DNA of 64,000 nucleotides from an uncultured Solirubrobacterales bacterium (GTDB taxonomy: Bacteria; Actinomycetota; Thermoleophilia; Solirubrobacterales; 70-9): NCBI GenBank assembly GCA_963805455.1, contig CAWDUJ010000004.1:32627-96626 (forward strand). Direction: 5' to 3'. Below are positions 50,343 to 58,918 of this stretch, in pieces. The position numbers and the translations under genes were made by a program. The notes beneath the pieces are model-generated. The model was not told where the DNA came from and did not search any database. It was given only the letters and a program-made list of their open reading frames with translations. Numbering within the stretch: the first letter of the stretch is position 1; each line of letters opens with the position of its first letter.

Positions 50343-51038
50343 TCAGGGCCGGACGGTCTCCTCGGGGTGCGAGGCGTCCTCGAACTCGCGGAAGAGCCCG
50401 GTGACGACGAAGGCCACCTGCTCGCCGATGTCGACGGCGTTGTCGGCGATGCGCTCGATCGCCCGCGCCGCAAGCAGCATCGTCATCGCCCACTCGCGCC
50501 GGTCGGGGTCGTCGCCGATCTCGAGCGCGAGGCCGAAGCACTCGCGATTGAGGTTGTCGACGGCATCGTCCTGGCGGACCAGATCCTGCGCCATCTCGAC
50601 ATTGCGCTCCTCGAAGGCCCGTTTCGACTGGGCGAGAAGGGTGCGCGTCTGTCTGCCCATGGTCAGGATCAGCTTCACCATTTCGGCGTCCGCGGGTGGG
50701 TCGTTCCCGGTCAGCGGAATCATCTTGCAGATGTTCACGCACTGGTCGCCCATCCGCTCGACGTTCTTCAGCACGTGCAGCAGGGCGGATATGACGCGCA
50801 GGTCGGTGGCCACCGGCGCCTGCGTTGCCAGCAGTGCTATCAACGCCTGGTGGACCTCGAGGTAGCGGCCGTCGATCCGGTCGTCATCGGCGATCACCAA
50901 CTGGGCCAGCTCGACGTCCTGATGCTCGATCGCCTCGAGGGTGCGGCTCAGCGCGGAACTGACCAGGTCAAGGCCGCCGAGCGCGCTGGCCTCGAGCTGC
51001 TCGAGTTCGTCCTGATACTGGACCCTGGTCTCCCTCAT
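50343..51038 (-). CDS. phoU: Phosphate signalling complex protein PhoU
   Basis: Two PhoU repeats, ...DDRIDGRY... and [10 protein letters not shown] / ...DDAVDNL...[10 protein letters not shown]. Confidence 0.9.
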   Translation of the reverse strand: MRETRVQYQDELEQLEASALGGLDLVSSALSRTLEAIEHQDVELAQLVIADDDRIDGRYLEVHQALIALLATQAPVATDLRVISALLHVLKNVERMGDQCVNICKMIPLTGNDPPADAEMVKLILTMGRQTRTLLAQSKRAFEERNVEMAQDLVRQDDAVDNLNRECFGLALEIGDDPDRREWAMTMLLAARAIERIADNAVDIGEQVAFVVTGLFREFEDASHPEETVRP

Positions 51039-51916
51039 CCGAATTTGCCGGTGACGTACTGCTCGGTGCGCTCATCGTCGGGGTTGGTGAAGATCTTGTC
51101 GGTCGGCGCCATCTCGACCAACTCACCGCTCAGCATGAAGGCGGTCCTACCGGCGACCCGCGCCGCCTGCTGCATGTTGTGGGTAACGATCACGATCGTC
51201 ACCCGCTCCTTGAGCCTGGCGATCAACTCCTCGATCCTCAAGGTCGCCATCGGGTCGAGTGCCGAGCACGGCTCGTCCATGAGCAGGACCTCGGGTTCGA
51301 CCGCAAGGGCGCGGGCGATGCAGAGGCGCTGTTGCTGGCCGCCGGAGAGCCCAGCGCCATGCTTGTCGAGGCGGTCCTTGACCTCCTCCCACAGGCCCGC
51401 CCCGTCCAGCGCGTCGCGCACACGATCCTCCATCTCCCGACGGGGAGTGCTCGTAAACCTAAGCCCTGAGGCCACGTTGTCGAAGATAGACATCGTCGGG
51501 AACGGGTTCGGTTTCTGGAAAACCATGCCGACCGCCCGGCGCACTGAGACGACATCAACCTGTGGGGCATATAGGTTCTCGCCATCGAGCAGGACCTCGC
51601 CTTCGGCCCTGGCGCCGACGATCTCCTCATGCATCCGGTTGACGCAGCGAACCATGGTCGACTTGCCGCAGCCGGAGGGTCCGATGATCGCGGTGACGTC
51701 GGAGGATGCGAAGGAGAGGCTGACGTTCTTGACCGCGTGATGGGAGCCGTAGTAGGCGTTCAGGGTCCGCAACTCGACCTGACGCTTGGCCCCGGCCGGG
51801 ATCAGGGCCGGTTCCTGTCCCGTTCCCTGGCTCTCAATGGCCACTGAAACCCGATTCTCACCCTTTGCGGCGTCCCGCTCAGCTCCGATCTGTGCCTCGG
51901 GTGGCTGGGGGTTCAT
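51035..51916 (-). CDS. pstB: Phosphate ABC transporter ATP-binding protein
   Basis: [27 protein letters not shown] 51914-51916 (MNPQPPEAQ...). Confidence 0.9.
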   Translation of the reverse strand: MNPQPPEAQIGAERDAAKGENRVSVAIESQGTGQEPALIPAGAKRQVELRTLNAYYGSHHAVKNVSLSFASSDVTAIIGPSGCGKSTMVRCVNRMHEEIVGARAEGEVLLDGENLYAPQVDVVSVRRAVGMVFQKPNPFPTMSIFDNVASGLRFTSTPRREMEDRVRDALDGAGLWEEVKDRLDKHGAGLSGGQQQRLCIARALAVEPEVLLMDEPCSALDPMATLRIEELIARLKERVTIVIVTHNMQQAARVAGRTAFMLSGELVEMAPTDKIFTNPDDERTEQYVTGKFG

Positions 51917-52785
51917 CTCAGGTGTTCCTTTGACACGGCTTCTCCGTTGGATCAGTTTGGCTATCAGGGTAACGATCAGGATCATTGCGATGAGCGTTAT
52001 CGCCGCACCCCAGGCCCGCTGGACGAGTTCGTTGTTGGGCTGTTTGAGGTCTTGGAAGATCTGAGCGGGCAGGGAATTCATCGGTTCGTTCAGATTGAAG
52101 GTGGTCCCCTTGACGATAGACGCGGTGAATAGAAGTGGTGCGGTCTCCCCTGCCGCCCGGGCGAGCGAGAGGAGGGCCCCGGTGAGGATGCCCGAGGCAG
52201 CGCTCGGAAGCACGACACGGACGACCACTCTCCAGCGCGGCGCTCCAAGAGCCAGTGCCGCTTCGCGCAGTGAACTGGGCACGAGGGTCAGCGCAACCTC
52301 AGCCGAGCGGGTCACGATCGGGAGCATGAGAAGGGCGAGGGCGGCGGACCCCTTCCAGCCGGCGAAGCTCGAGCCGCCGGTGTCGGCGAGGACGAGCGTT
52401 ATGTAGATGAAGAGGCCGAACACGATCGACGGCACACCGGTCATCACATCGATGAAGAAGCGGACGACCTGAGCCAACTTGCCGCGGCCACCGAACTCGG
52501 TCAGGTAGAGGGCGACGCCGATGCCCAGCGGGACCGCGACCAGCGTCGCGAACCCGACAATCTCGATCGTGCCGAGGATTGCGCTCGACGCCACCCTGAG
52601 CACCGAGAAAATCTCCGGTCGGATCGGTGGTAAAGAATTCAGTGCTGAATGGGCGCCGATGCCTTTGCGAAGCGTGTAGAAGATGACGAGGACGAAGGGG
52701 AAGGATCGCCACGATGGTCGCGCAGCCACAGGATCGAGCGCGCGGCTTTGTCCATGCGACGACGACCGGCGACCGGTGCGGGCAT
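51913..52785 (-). pseudogene. pstA: Phosphate ABC transporter permease PstA, at least 4 internal frame breaks
   Basis: Reads [21 protein letters not shown] | ATIVAILP | [15 protein letters not shown] | [21 protein letters not shown] | [11 protein letters not shown]... only by hopping frames near 52720-52725, 52697-52700, 52649-52656 and 52585-52592. There is no stop before pstB in the final frame. Confidence 0.75.
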
Positions 52786-53839
52786 TTAAGCGGTCTGCTG
52801 GGGGAGGAAATCGAGCCCAAGCCTCCAGTCTAGAGGCCCTCCCTGCGGGACAGCCACGATCGGGCGGCCGCCCTCACGCTCGCTGCGCATCACGACCAGG
52901 CGCGCGATCGAATTGACGAGCAGGGTGAGGACGAAGAGCACGAGGCCGGCGGCGATCAGCGCCGATTTGTGCAGCGGGTTGGAGGCCGCCTCGCCGAACT
53001 CGTTTGCGATCACGGCGGCCAGCGAGTAGCCCTGGTCGAAGATGCTGTGGCCGAGGATCGGGTTGTCGCCGATCACGATCGTCACCGCGATCGTCTCGCC
53101 GATCGCCCGGCCCAGGCCGAGCATCGCGCCGCCGGTGATGCCGCGCCTAGCGTAGGGCAGCATCGCGGTCCGGATCATCTCCCAGCGCGTTGCGCCCAAG
53201 GCCAGCGCCGCCTCCTTGTGATCGGCGGGCACCGTGGAGAGGACCTCGCGGCTGATCGCGCTGACGATCGGCAGCAGCATGATCGCCAGGACGAGTCCGG
53301 CGATGAAGTAGTTAGGGCCGGCGACGTTGTCGGTGGCAACGAAGGGGATGAAGTGAAAGGTTCGGCGAACCACTGCTCGGCCGGTTTCAGCTTCGGGATC
53401 AGGAAGTAGAAGGCCCAAAGCCCGTAGACGACCGAGGGCACCGCGGCCAGCAGGTCGACCAGGATAGTCAGCGAGCCCCGAACCCGGCGCGGGCGCAACT
53501 CGGTGAGGAACAGCGCGACCGACACCGCGATCGGAACCCCGATCACCAGCGCCAGTGCCGAGGTGATCAGGGTACCGACCAGCAGCGGCAGAGGCGCCAT
53601 AGATCGCATTGGAGACATCCCAGTTGTTCGTGAAGATGAAGCCGAAGACTCCGAATTCCTGAAATACGAGACTTCGATTCAAGCGCGAGCTTGACGAAGA
53701 AGTAGGCGAGGAGGACGAGGATCGCCGCAGAGATCGCCGTCAGCCCGTATCGCAGGATGCGATCCGGAGGAGGCGAGGAGAGGGGCGAGCGACCGAGAGA
53801 TCGCCCGCCCCCTATCGCTTGCTGGGTTCCGGCCTCCAC
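52786..53839 (-). pseudogene. pstC: Phosphate ABC transporter permease PstC, at least 3 internal frame breaks
   Basis: Reads ...YFFVKLALESK | LVFQEFGVFGFIFTNNWDVSNAIYGA | LPLLVGTLITSALALVIGVPIAV...AEQWFAE | TFHFIPFVATDN...[14 protein letters not shown].... Breaks lie near 53670-53673, 53590-53593 and 53358-53363. Confidence 0.75.
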
Positions 53840-53881
53840 CGGGCCTAGCCAGGACGTGGGTTCTATTGGCTTGCCGTTGCG

Positions 53882-54953
53882 TTACAGGCCTTCCACCTTG
53901 GCCGTGCGAGGCTTCCGGCAGTTCCGGCGAGAGGCCGGCGTAGTCGAGTTTTTCCGCGACCTGCTGGCCTTCGCCCAGCCCGTAGTCGAGGAAGGTGACC
54001 ACGTTCTTGGCGGTTTCTTCGCTCTTTTCCGCGTTGCAGAGGTCTTCGTAGACGATCACGAAGGTGCCCGAGGCGATCGGGTAGGCGGCCGGTGCCTTTG
54101 ATGCGTTGATCGCGCTGAATCGGAGGGTCCGGCGGGAACTTCGCGGCACTTCGCTGGCCGCCTGGGTCGATTCCAGAGTCGGCTCAACAAACTTCCCGGC
54201 CTGATTCTGCACGGCCGCCGTCGTGAATTCGTTCTGTAGCGCGTAAGCAAGCTCGACGTAGCCGATTGCGCCTTCGGTCTGCTGGACGGATCCGGCCACG
54301 CCTTCGTTGCCGTTGGCGCCGGTGCCCGTTGGCCACTTGACGGTCTTGTCGGTGCCGACCTTGCTGTGCCATTCCTTGTTGGTTTCGTCGAGGAACTGCG
54401 TGAACAGAGCCGTCGTGCCCGATTCGTCGGAGCGATGGACAACCGTGATGCCGGTGCTCGGCAGCTTGATGCCCGGATTGAGCTTGGCGATCGCCGGGTC
54501 ATCCCACTTGGTGATATTGCCAAGGTAGATGTTGCCAACGGTGTCGCCGTCGAGCTTCAGACCCGATTCGACGCCCGGCAGGTTGTAGGAGACGGTGACG
54601 GCGCCGAAGACGATCGGTACATGAACCGTCGTCCCGTTCTTGTCCGCGACTTCGATTTCTTCGTCGGTCATCGCTGAATCGGTGTCGCCGAAGTCGACGG
54701 TGTTGGCCTGGAACTGCGCGATGCCACCGCCAGAGCCGATCGAGTTGTAGTTGACCGTCAGACCGTCGCTTTCCTTGAGTTCGGAACCCCATTGGCTGAT
54801 GATCGGCTGCGCGAACGTCGAGCCCGCCCCGCTGATCGTGCCGCCGCCACCACCACCGCCGCTGGTTTCGTCGCTGCTGCTACCACAGGCCGCAACTCCC
54901 AATGCCAGGGCTGCGAGTGAGACGAGGACAGCCAACCATCTTGAGGGACTCAC
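53882..54953 (-). pseudogene. pstS: Phosphate-binding lipoprotein PstS, probable frame break near 53905-53908
   Basis: GTG 54951-54953 follows AAGGAG. Lipobox VAAC, then GAGSTFAQP...YNSIGSGGG. The track ORF reads through into pstC. The shifted frame ends ...TAKVEGL* at 53882-53884. Confidence 0.75.
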
Positions 54954-55034
54954 ACGATCTCCTTTTCTCGTTTGACTGGACGCGGGCGGGTTTATCCCGC
55001 ACAACCCGGGCCACATTCGCAGTGGCCCTCCGAG

Positions 55035-55078
55035 AGCTTGTTACTCGCTTGTGCGGAAGGTGTGAAAAAGATGTAAAA
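55035..55078 (-). promoter_or_regulatory. PHO-box-like array upstream of pstS
   Basis: Minus-strand read is TTTTACATCTT TTTCACACCTT CCGCACAAGCG AGTAACAAGCT. The ACA cores recur every 11 nt (counted by hand). Confidence 0.6.
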
Positions 55079-55081
55079 GCC

Positions 55082-55411
55082 TCAGCCGTCCGGTGAGAAG
55101 CGATAGCCGACTCCGTTGTGCGTGTGGATCAGGTCGAGACCGGGAAGCGCTTCGCCGAGCTTCGACCGCAGCCGGCTGACATAGACATCAACCGAGCGAT
55201 CGTCGCTGCGGGGCTCGCCGCCCCAGATCTCCGAATACAGCTCCTCGCGGGTCATGATCCGCTGGGGATGCGCGGCGAGGGCGCTCAGCATCTGCAGCTC
55301 TCGGACCGTCAGCCGCACGGGCCTGCCATCGACCAGCGCAGCGTGCTCCTCCGGCTTGATCTCGAGGCGCTCGGCCGTGACCTGTTGCTCGCCTGCATTC
55401 TCGACAGACAT
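55082..55411 (-). CDS. Stand-alone OmpR/PhoB-type winged-helix DNA-binding domain protein (no receiver domain)
   Basis: 109 aa. LTVRELQMLSALAAHPQRIMTREELYSEIWG...RSVDVYVSRLRSKL...IHTHNGVGYRF. Confidence 0.8.
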   Translation of the reverse strand: MSVENAGEQQVTAERLEIKPEEHAALVDGRPVRLTVRELQMLSALAAHPQRIMTREELYSEIWGGEPRSDDRSVDVYVSRLRSKLGEALPGLDLIHTHNGVGYRFSPDG

Positions 55412-55458
55412 CGAGCCGTGAGCATGTCGGCGCGCGAGGCGCGGCCGGTTATCCCGGT

Positions 55459-55491
55459 GTGAAGCTGCTGTGAACGGCTAGTAACACTAGG
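55459..55491 (-). promoter_or_regulatory. PHO-box-like array upstream of the stand-alone wHTH gene
   Basis: Plus-strand read is GTGAAgctgctGTGAAcggctaGTAAC, which is GTTAC/TTCACA/TTCACA on the minus strand at 11-nt spacing. Overlaps the stop of the response-regulator gene. Confidence 0.55.
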
Positions 55492-56290
55492 ACGCGGCGG
55501 CTCGTTCCCGCTTTGCAGCGAGAAGGTCCGTCACCGGCTCCGGTGCCGGCTCCGGTGCCGGCTCGGCGGACTCGGCGCCGACCGCGACCGCCTCCGGGTC
55601 GAACCGGTACCCGACCCCGAAATGCGTGTGTATGTACTGCCACCCCGGTGAGCTCTTCTCGAGCTTCTGGCGCAGCTTGCGGATGAAGACGTCGACCGAG
55701 CGATCGCCGTGGGCCATCGCGTAGCCCCATACCCGCTGATAGATGGCCTCGCGCTCGAGAACCTGGCCTTCGGACTCCGCCAGCAGCTGGAGGAGCTCGA
55801 ACTCACGCCGGGTAAGGTCGAGGCTGGTGCCGGCGACAAAGGCCTGGAAGCGGTCGGCGCGGATCTCGAGCTCACCGGCGACGACCGGGCCGGCCTCGAT
55901 CTGGGGCCGGGCCCGGCGACGGCGCCGGAGGACGGCCTCGACCCTGGCGACGACCTCTTCGGGATGGCACGGCTTGCCGATCCAGTCGTCGACCCCGAGG
56001 CGTAGCCCGCGCACGCGCTGGGCGACGGTGGAGCGTTCGGTGCAGACGATGACCCCGAGGTCGGGGAGCATCCCGCAGATGCGCTCGAGGTAGGCCCAGC
56101 CTTCCTCGCCGATCACCGTCGGGTCGAGCAGGAGCGCGTTCAGCTTCATCGCCACCAGCTCCTCGGCGGGAATCCCGCCGCTGAGGGTCCGCTGCTGCCA
56201 GCCCGCCGCCTGGGTGCGTTTCGACAGCACGGTTACGAAACCGCTGTCGTCATCGATAACCGCGAGCCTGATCGTCTGCTGAGAGTTCAC
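55487..56290 (-). CDS. OmpR/PhoB family response regulator (PhoP-like), no adjacent histidine kinase
   Basis: GTG 56288-56290. Receiver residues VIDDD, LLLD, VCT and GKP. Effector part is REFELLQLL...RSVDVFIRKLRQKL...HTHFGVGYRF. Confidence 0.85.
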   Translation of the reverse strand: MNSQQTIRLAVIDDDSGFVTVLSKRTQAAGWQQRTLSGGIPAEELVAMKLNALLLDPTVIGEEGWAYLERICGMLPDLGVIVCTERSTVAQRVRGLRLGVDDWIGKPCHPEEVVARVEAVLRRRRRARPQIEAGPVVAGELEIRADRFQAFVAGTSLDLTRREFELLQLLAESEGQVLEREAIYQRVWGYAMAHGDRSVDVFIRKLRQKLEKSSPGWQYIHTHFGVGYRFDPEAVAVGAESAEPAPEPAPEPVTDLLAAKRERAAAS

Positions 56291-56389
56291 GTGAATCGCA
56301 GTCCTGGGGGCGTCGTGCTTGCGTCGCCCGTACCTGAGGTGCGCCGATTGTATGCACGGCGAACGGCGGCGGACGCCGGCCATGCCTGA

Positions 56390-56422
56390 GTTCACAGGAT
56401 TTTCACAGGTTTTGCAGTCCAA
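56390..56422 (+). promoter_or_regulatory. PHO-box-like array oriented on the plus strand
   Basis: GTTCACAGGAT TTTCACAGGTT TTGCAGTCCAA, read directly. Confidence 0.55.
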
Positions 56423-56521
56423 ATTCCGCAAAAACGGTCCCCCCGCATTCTCCGGATATTCACCCCCCGGACCTCCCCGGCCGCGAGACTCGTGCCCTCA
56501 CGAGACTCTCTCCCGTCTCCC

Positions 56522-56556
56522 GCGAACGGCCCACTGCCCCGGGCCGTTCGCTTTTT
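56522..56556 (+). terminator. Intrinsic terminator-like hairpin plus T5
   Basis: GCGAACGGCCC-ACTGCCCC-GGGCCGTTCGC is a perfect 11-bp stem followed by TTTTT. The U-tract exists only for a plus-strand transcript. Confidence 0.6.
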
Positions 56557-56739
56557 GTAGGGGCGTCTCCGTCGACGGTCACAGGTCCGGATGCGGCCGA
56601 ATGACCGGCGCAGTTCGGCACCTCCCCGGATTCCCACATAGCGCCGCTATGCGGGAACCGTGTCGTCGCCGCCCTGCTTGGCCCTCGTCCACCCCGAACC
56701 CGCGACCGCCTCCGTCGCCGCCCGCGAATTTCGGTGTTG

Positions 56740-57577
56740 TCAGGTCGAAGAGAGCACGCCGGTGGCGAGCATGATCAGGATCAGCAGGCCGAGGATGACG
56801 CGGTAGGCGATGAAGATCGAGAAGTTGTGGTGGGCGACGTAGCGCAGGAGCCAGGCGATCGCGATGAAGGCGACGACGAAGCTGACGAGGGTGGCGACGA
56901 TCGTCGGGCCCCACCCGACGCCGCTCGAGATGTTGCTGAATTCGGTGACCCCCTCGAGGATCGCGGCGCCGGTGAGCGCCGGGATCGCGAGGAAGAACGA
57001 CAGTCGGGTCACTGCGACGCGATCGATTTCGCGCAGGAGGCCGGCCGACATCGTCGCCCCGGATCGGGAGACGCCCGGGAATCAGCGCCACGCACTGGAC
57101 GATGCCGATGATCAGGGTGTCGAGCCAGGTGACATCGGACTCGTGCCGGCGCAGGGTGGCCCGGCTGTCGGCGTAATACATCACCCCGCTCCACAGGATC
57201 AGGGCCCAGCCGACGAACCAGAGGCTTCGCAGGGTGGTCTCGATCTGGTCCTTGAAGGCGATGCCGACGATCACGATCGGGATCGACCCGACGATCACCG
57301 CCCAGGCAAAGCGGTAGTCGGAGGCGCTGCGCTCCCTCGGGTCGCGGAGCCCGCGGACCCAGGCCGCGAGGAGCCTGACGACGTCCTCGCGGAGGAAGAC
57401 CAGGGTCGCGGCGATCGCCCCGAACTGGATGATCGCCGTGAAGGCGGTGATTTCGGGATCGTCGGTCGGGTGGTTGAGGAGCACCTCGAGGACGGTCAGG
57501 TGGCCGGTGCTCGAGATCGGCAGGAACTCGGTGATCCCCTCGACGACGCCGAAGAGAATGGCTTCCCACCAATCCAT
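56740..57577 (-). pseudogene. uppP: Undecaprenyl-diphosphate phosphatase, frame break near 57072-57075
   Basis: MDWWEAILFGVVEGITEFLPISSTGH...VALIPG | VSRSGATMSAGLLREIDRVAVTRLSFFLAIPA.... One extra base sits in CCCGGGCGTC. Confidence 0.85.
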
Positions 57578-57638
57578 CGGCTAAGCATCCTAGGGGAGCG
57601 ACATTAAAGATCCGCCCGGGTCCGATAGATTTGGCGGA

Positions 57639-57891
57639 GTGAAGCCGTCGCCGCACAAATGTCGCCTCGGCCCTGCTGGCGGCGCTCGCGATTTCGCTCC
57701 TCGCCGCGCCCGCGGCCCTCGCCGAGAACGGCACCGGGCTCGCCGGGCCGCTCACCGACAAGACCGTCACCTTCTTCTGCTTCGGCGTGATCATCTTCTT
57801 CGCGGCCCTGCCGATCGTCCTCTCGTTGATCCAGCGCCGGCTGGAGAAGAAAAAGGAAGCGCGGCAGTACGACCTCAACCGCTTCGGCTGA
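57639..57891 (+). pseudogene. Small exported/membrane protein missed by the ORF track, frame break near 57657-57661
   Basis: GTG-AAG-CCG... gives MKPSPHK. The next frame then gives VASALLAALAISLLAAPAALAENGTGLAGPLTDKTVTFFCFGVIIFFAALPIVLSLIQRRLEKKKEARQYDLNRFG*. Confidence 0.5.
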
Positions 57892-57894
57892 CGC

Positions 57895-58743
57895 CTAGCT
57901 GAGCGTGAATCCGGAGAGCAGGCGTTTCTCGCTCTCCCCCTCGATCTTGGCGACGACCTCTACCCGCCCCTCGAGCGGCGTGCCGCGGATCTTCGTCGCC
58001 AGCAGGTCGTCGACCTGGAAGATCCCGGCCGAGTTGTTGAGGTCGATCTCGATCCGCACCGCGCGCTCCTCCCCGGCCTCGATCCGGACCTCGTCGACGG
58101 CCGCGGCCGAGATCGAGTGGATCCCCTCGCGTCCCGCCTCCATCGGGATCCGGATCCGGCCCTGCGCCATGTCGAGCGCATCGGCGACGCGGACGACTCC
58201 GGCCTCGACCGTGTAGGGCTCGCCGCGGCGGCGGTGGCCGATGATCGCGTGGAGGATCTCGGAGGCGATCACGGTCCGTTTCGGCTCACGATAGGCGTCG
58301 GCGAGAAGCCGATCGAGGGCGCCCGCAGCGAGGAAGAGGCTGTAGGCCTCGTGGTCGTTGCGGTGGATCGACATCCCGATGTCGTGGAGCAGGGCGCCGC
58401 CGGCGACGACCACCTCGGCGTCCCGCGAGGGGAGCCCGTGGTCGGTGACAACCGCCGGCTCGACGCCGGCCTTGACCAGCAGCCGCAGCAGCCGCAGCGC
58501 GATGTTGAGGACGATCTGCATGTGGACCCAGGAGTGGTCTGACATCCCGAGCCGTTCGGCGTGCACCTGGGCCATGTACCACCAGGTGCGCACCTGCTCG
58601 TCCTCGTTCACAGCCGAGAGGAAGCTCTCGAGCTTGCGATTGCCCCGGGTTGGCGCCCGGACCTCCGACTCGGCGATCGCCTCCTCGAGCGGCTTGCGAG
58701 CAGGCCCGTCGGGGTCCGGAGCGGGAACTCGCTCTTCATTCAT
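57895..58743 (-). CDS. HD-domain phosphohydrolase
   Basis: SDHSWVHMQIV...LLHDIGMSIHRNDHE are HD motifs. Confidence 0.75.
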   Translation of the reverse strand: MNEERVPAPDPDGPARKPLEEAIAESEVRAPTRGNRKLESFLSAVNEDEQVRTWWYMAQVHAERLGMSDHSWVHMQIVLNIALRLLRLLVKAGVEPAVVTDHGLPSRDAEVVVAGGALLHDIGMSIHRNDHEAYSLFLAAGALDRLLADAYREPKRTVIASEILHAIIGHRRRGEPYTVEAGVVRVADALDMAQGRIRIPMEAGREGIHSISAAAVDEVRIEAGEERAVRIEIDLNNSAGIFQVDDLLATKIRGTPLEGRVEVVAKIEGESEKRLLSGFTLS

Positions 58744-58752
58744 GACAAATCC

Positions 58753-58811
58753 TCGCGCTTCACTCGCTGCGCGAAGAAACAGAAGATGACGCTTGCCCGC
58801 TCCGCGCTCAC
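58753..58811 (-). repeat. Family B leader repeat, copy R1 (ends 9 nt before the HD gene ATG)
   Basis: Minus-strand read is GTGAGCGCGGAGCGGGCAAGCGTCATCTTCTGTTTCTTCGCGCAGCGAGTGAAGCGCGA. Confidence 0.8.
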
Positions 58812-58860
58812 GAGAGGAGATCGTAGGGGAGAGGAAGGCGCGACCCGCCCAAACAATGGA

Positions 58861-58918
58861 TCGCGCTTCGCTCGCGGCGCGAAAATCAGAAGATGACGCT
58901 TGCTCGCTCCGCGCTCAC
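58861..58918 (-). repeat. Family B leader repeat, copy R2 (its GTGA supplies the stop of the rpf-like gene)
   Basis: Minus-strand read is GTGAGCGCGGAGCGAGCAAGCGTCATCTTCTGATTTTCGCGCCGCGAGCGAAGCGCGA. Confidence 0.8.

Noticed and set aside
51035-52729. Single 564-aa ORF that looks like a natural PstA-PstB fusion protein.
   Set aside because: The PstA part is already interrupted by several frame breaks. A shifted frame near 51936-51940 ends in TGA overlapping the pstB ATG (ATGA), the usual coupled arrangement. An indel is a simpler explanation than a fusion.
55495-55570. Tandem CCGGCTCCGGTG repeats at the 3' end of the response-regulator gene.
   Set aside because: This is a short in-frame low-complexity tail (EPAPEPAPEP) of the protein, not an independent element.
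58753-58811. Firm call of the family B repeat as a leader-peptide gene.
   Set aside because: No Shine-Dalgarno sequence precedes the GTG in any copy. The middle of the element differs by compensating indels rather than codon-wise substitutions, and R2 is frame-broken. It is kept only as an alternative hypothesis.
58753-58918. The direct repeats R1/R2 as a mini CRISPR array.
   Set aside because: There are only two tandem copies. They are imperfect, 58-59 nt long, with a 49-nt spacer and no cas genes. A third copy lies elsewhere next to a start codon. A cis-regulatory or mobile repeat fits better.
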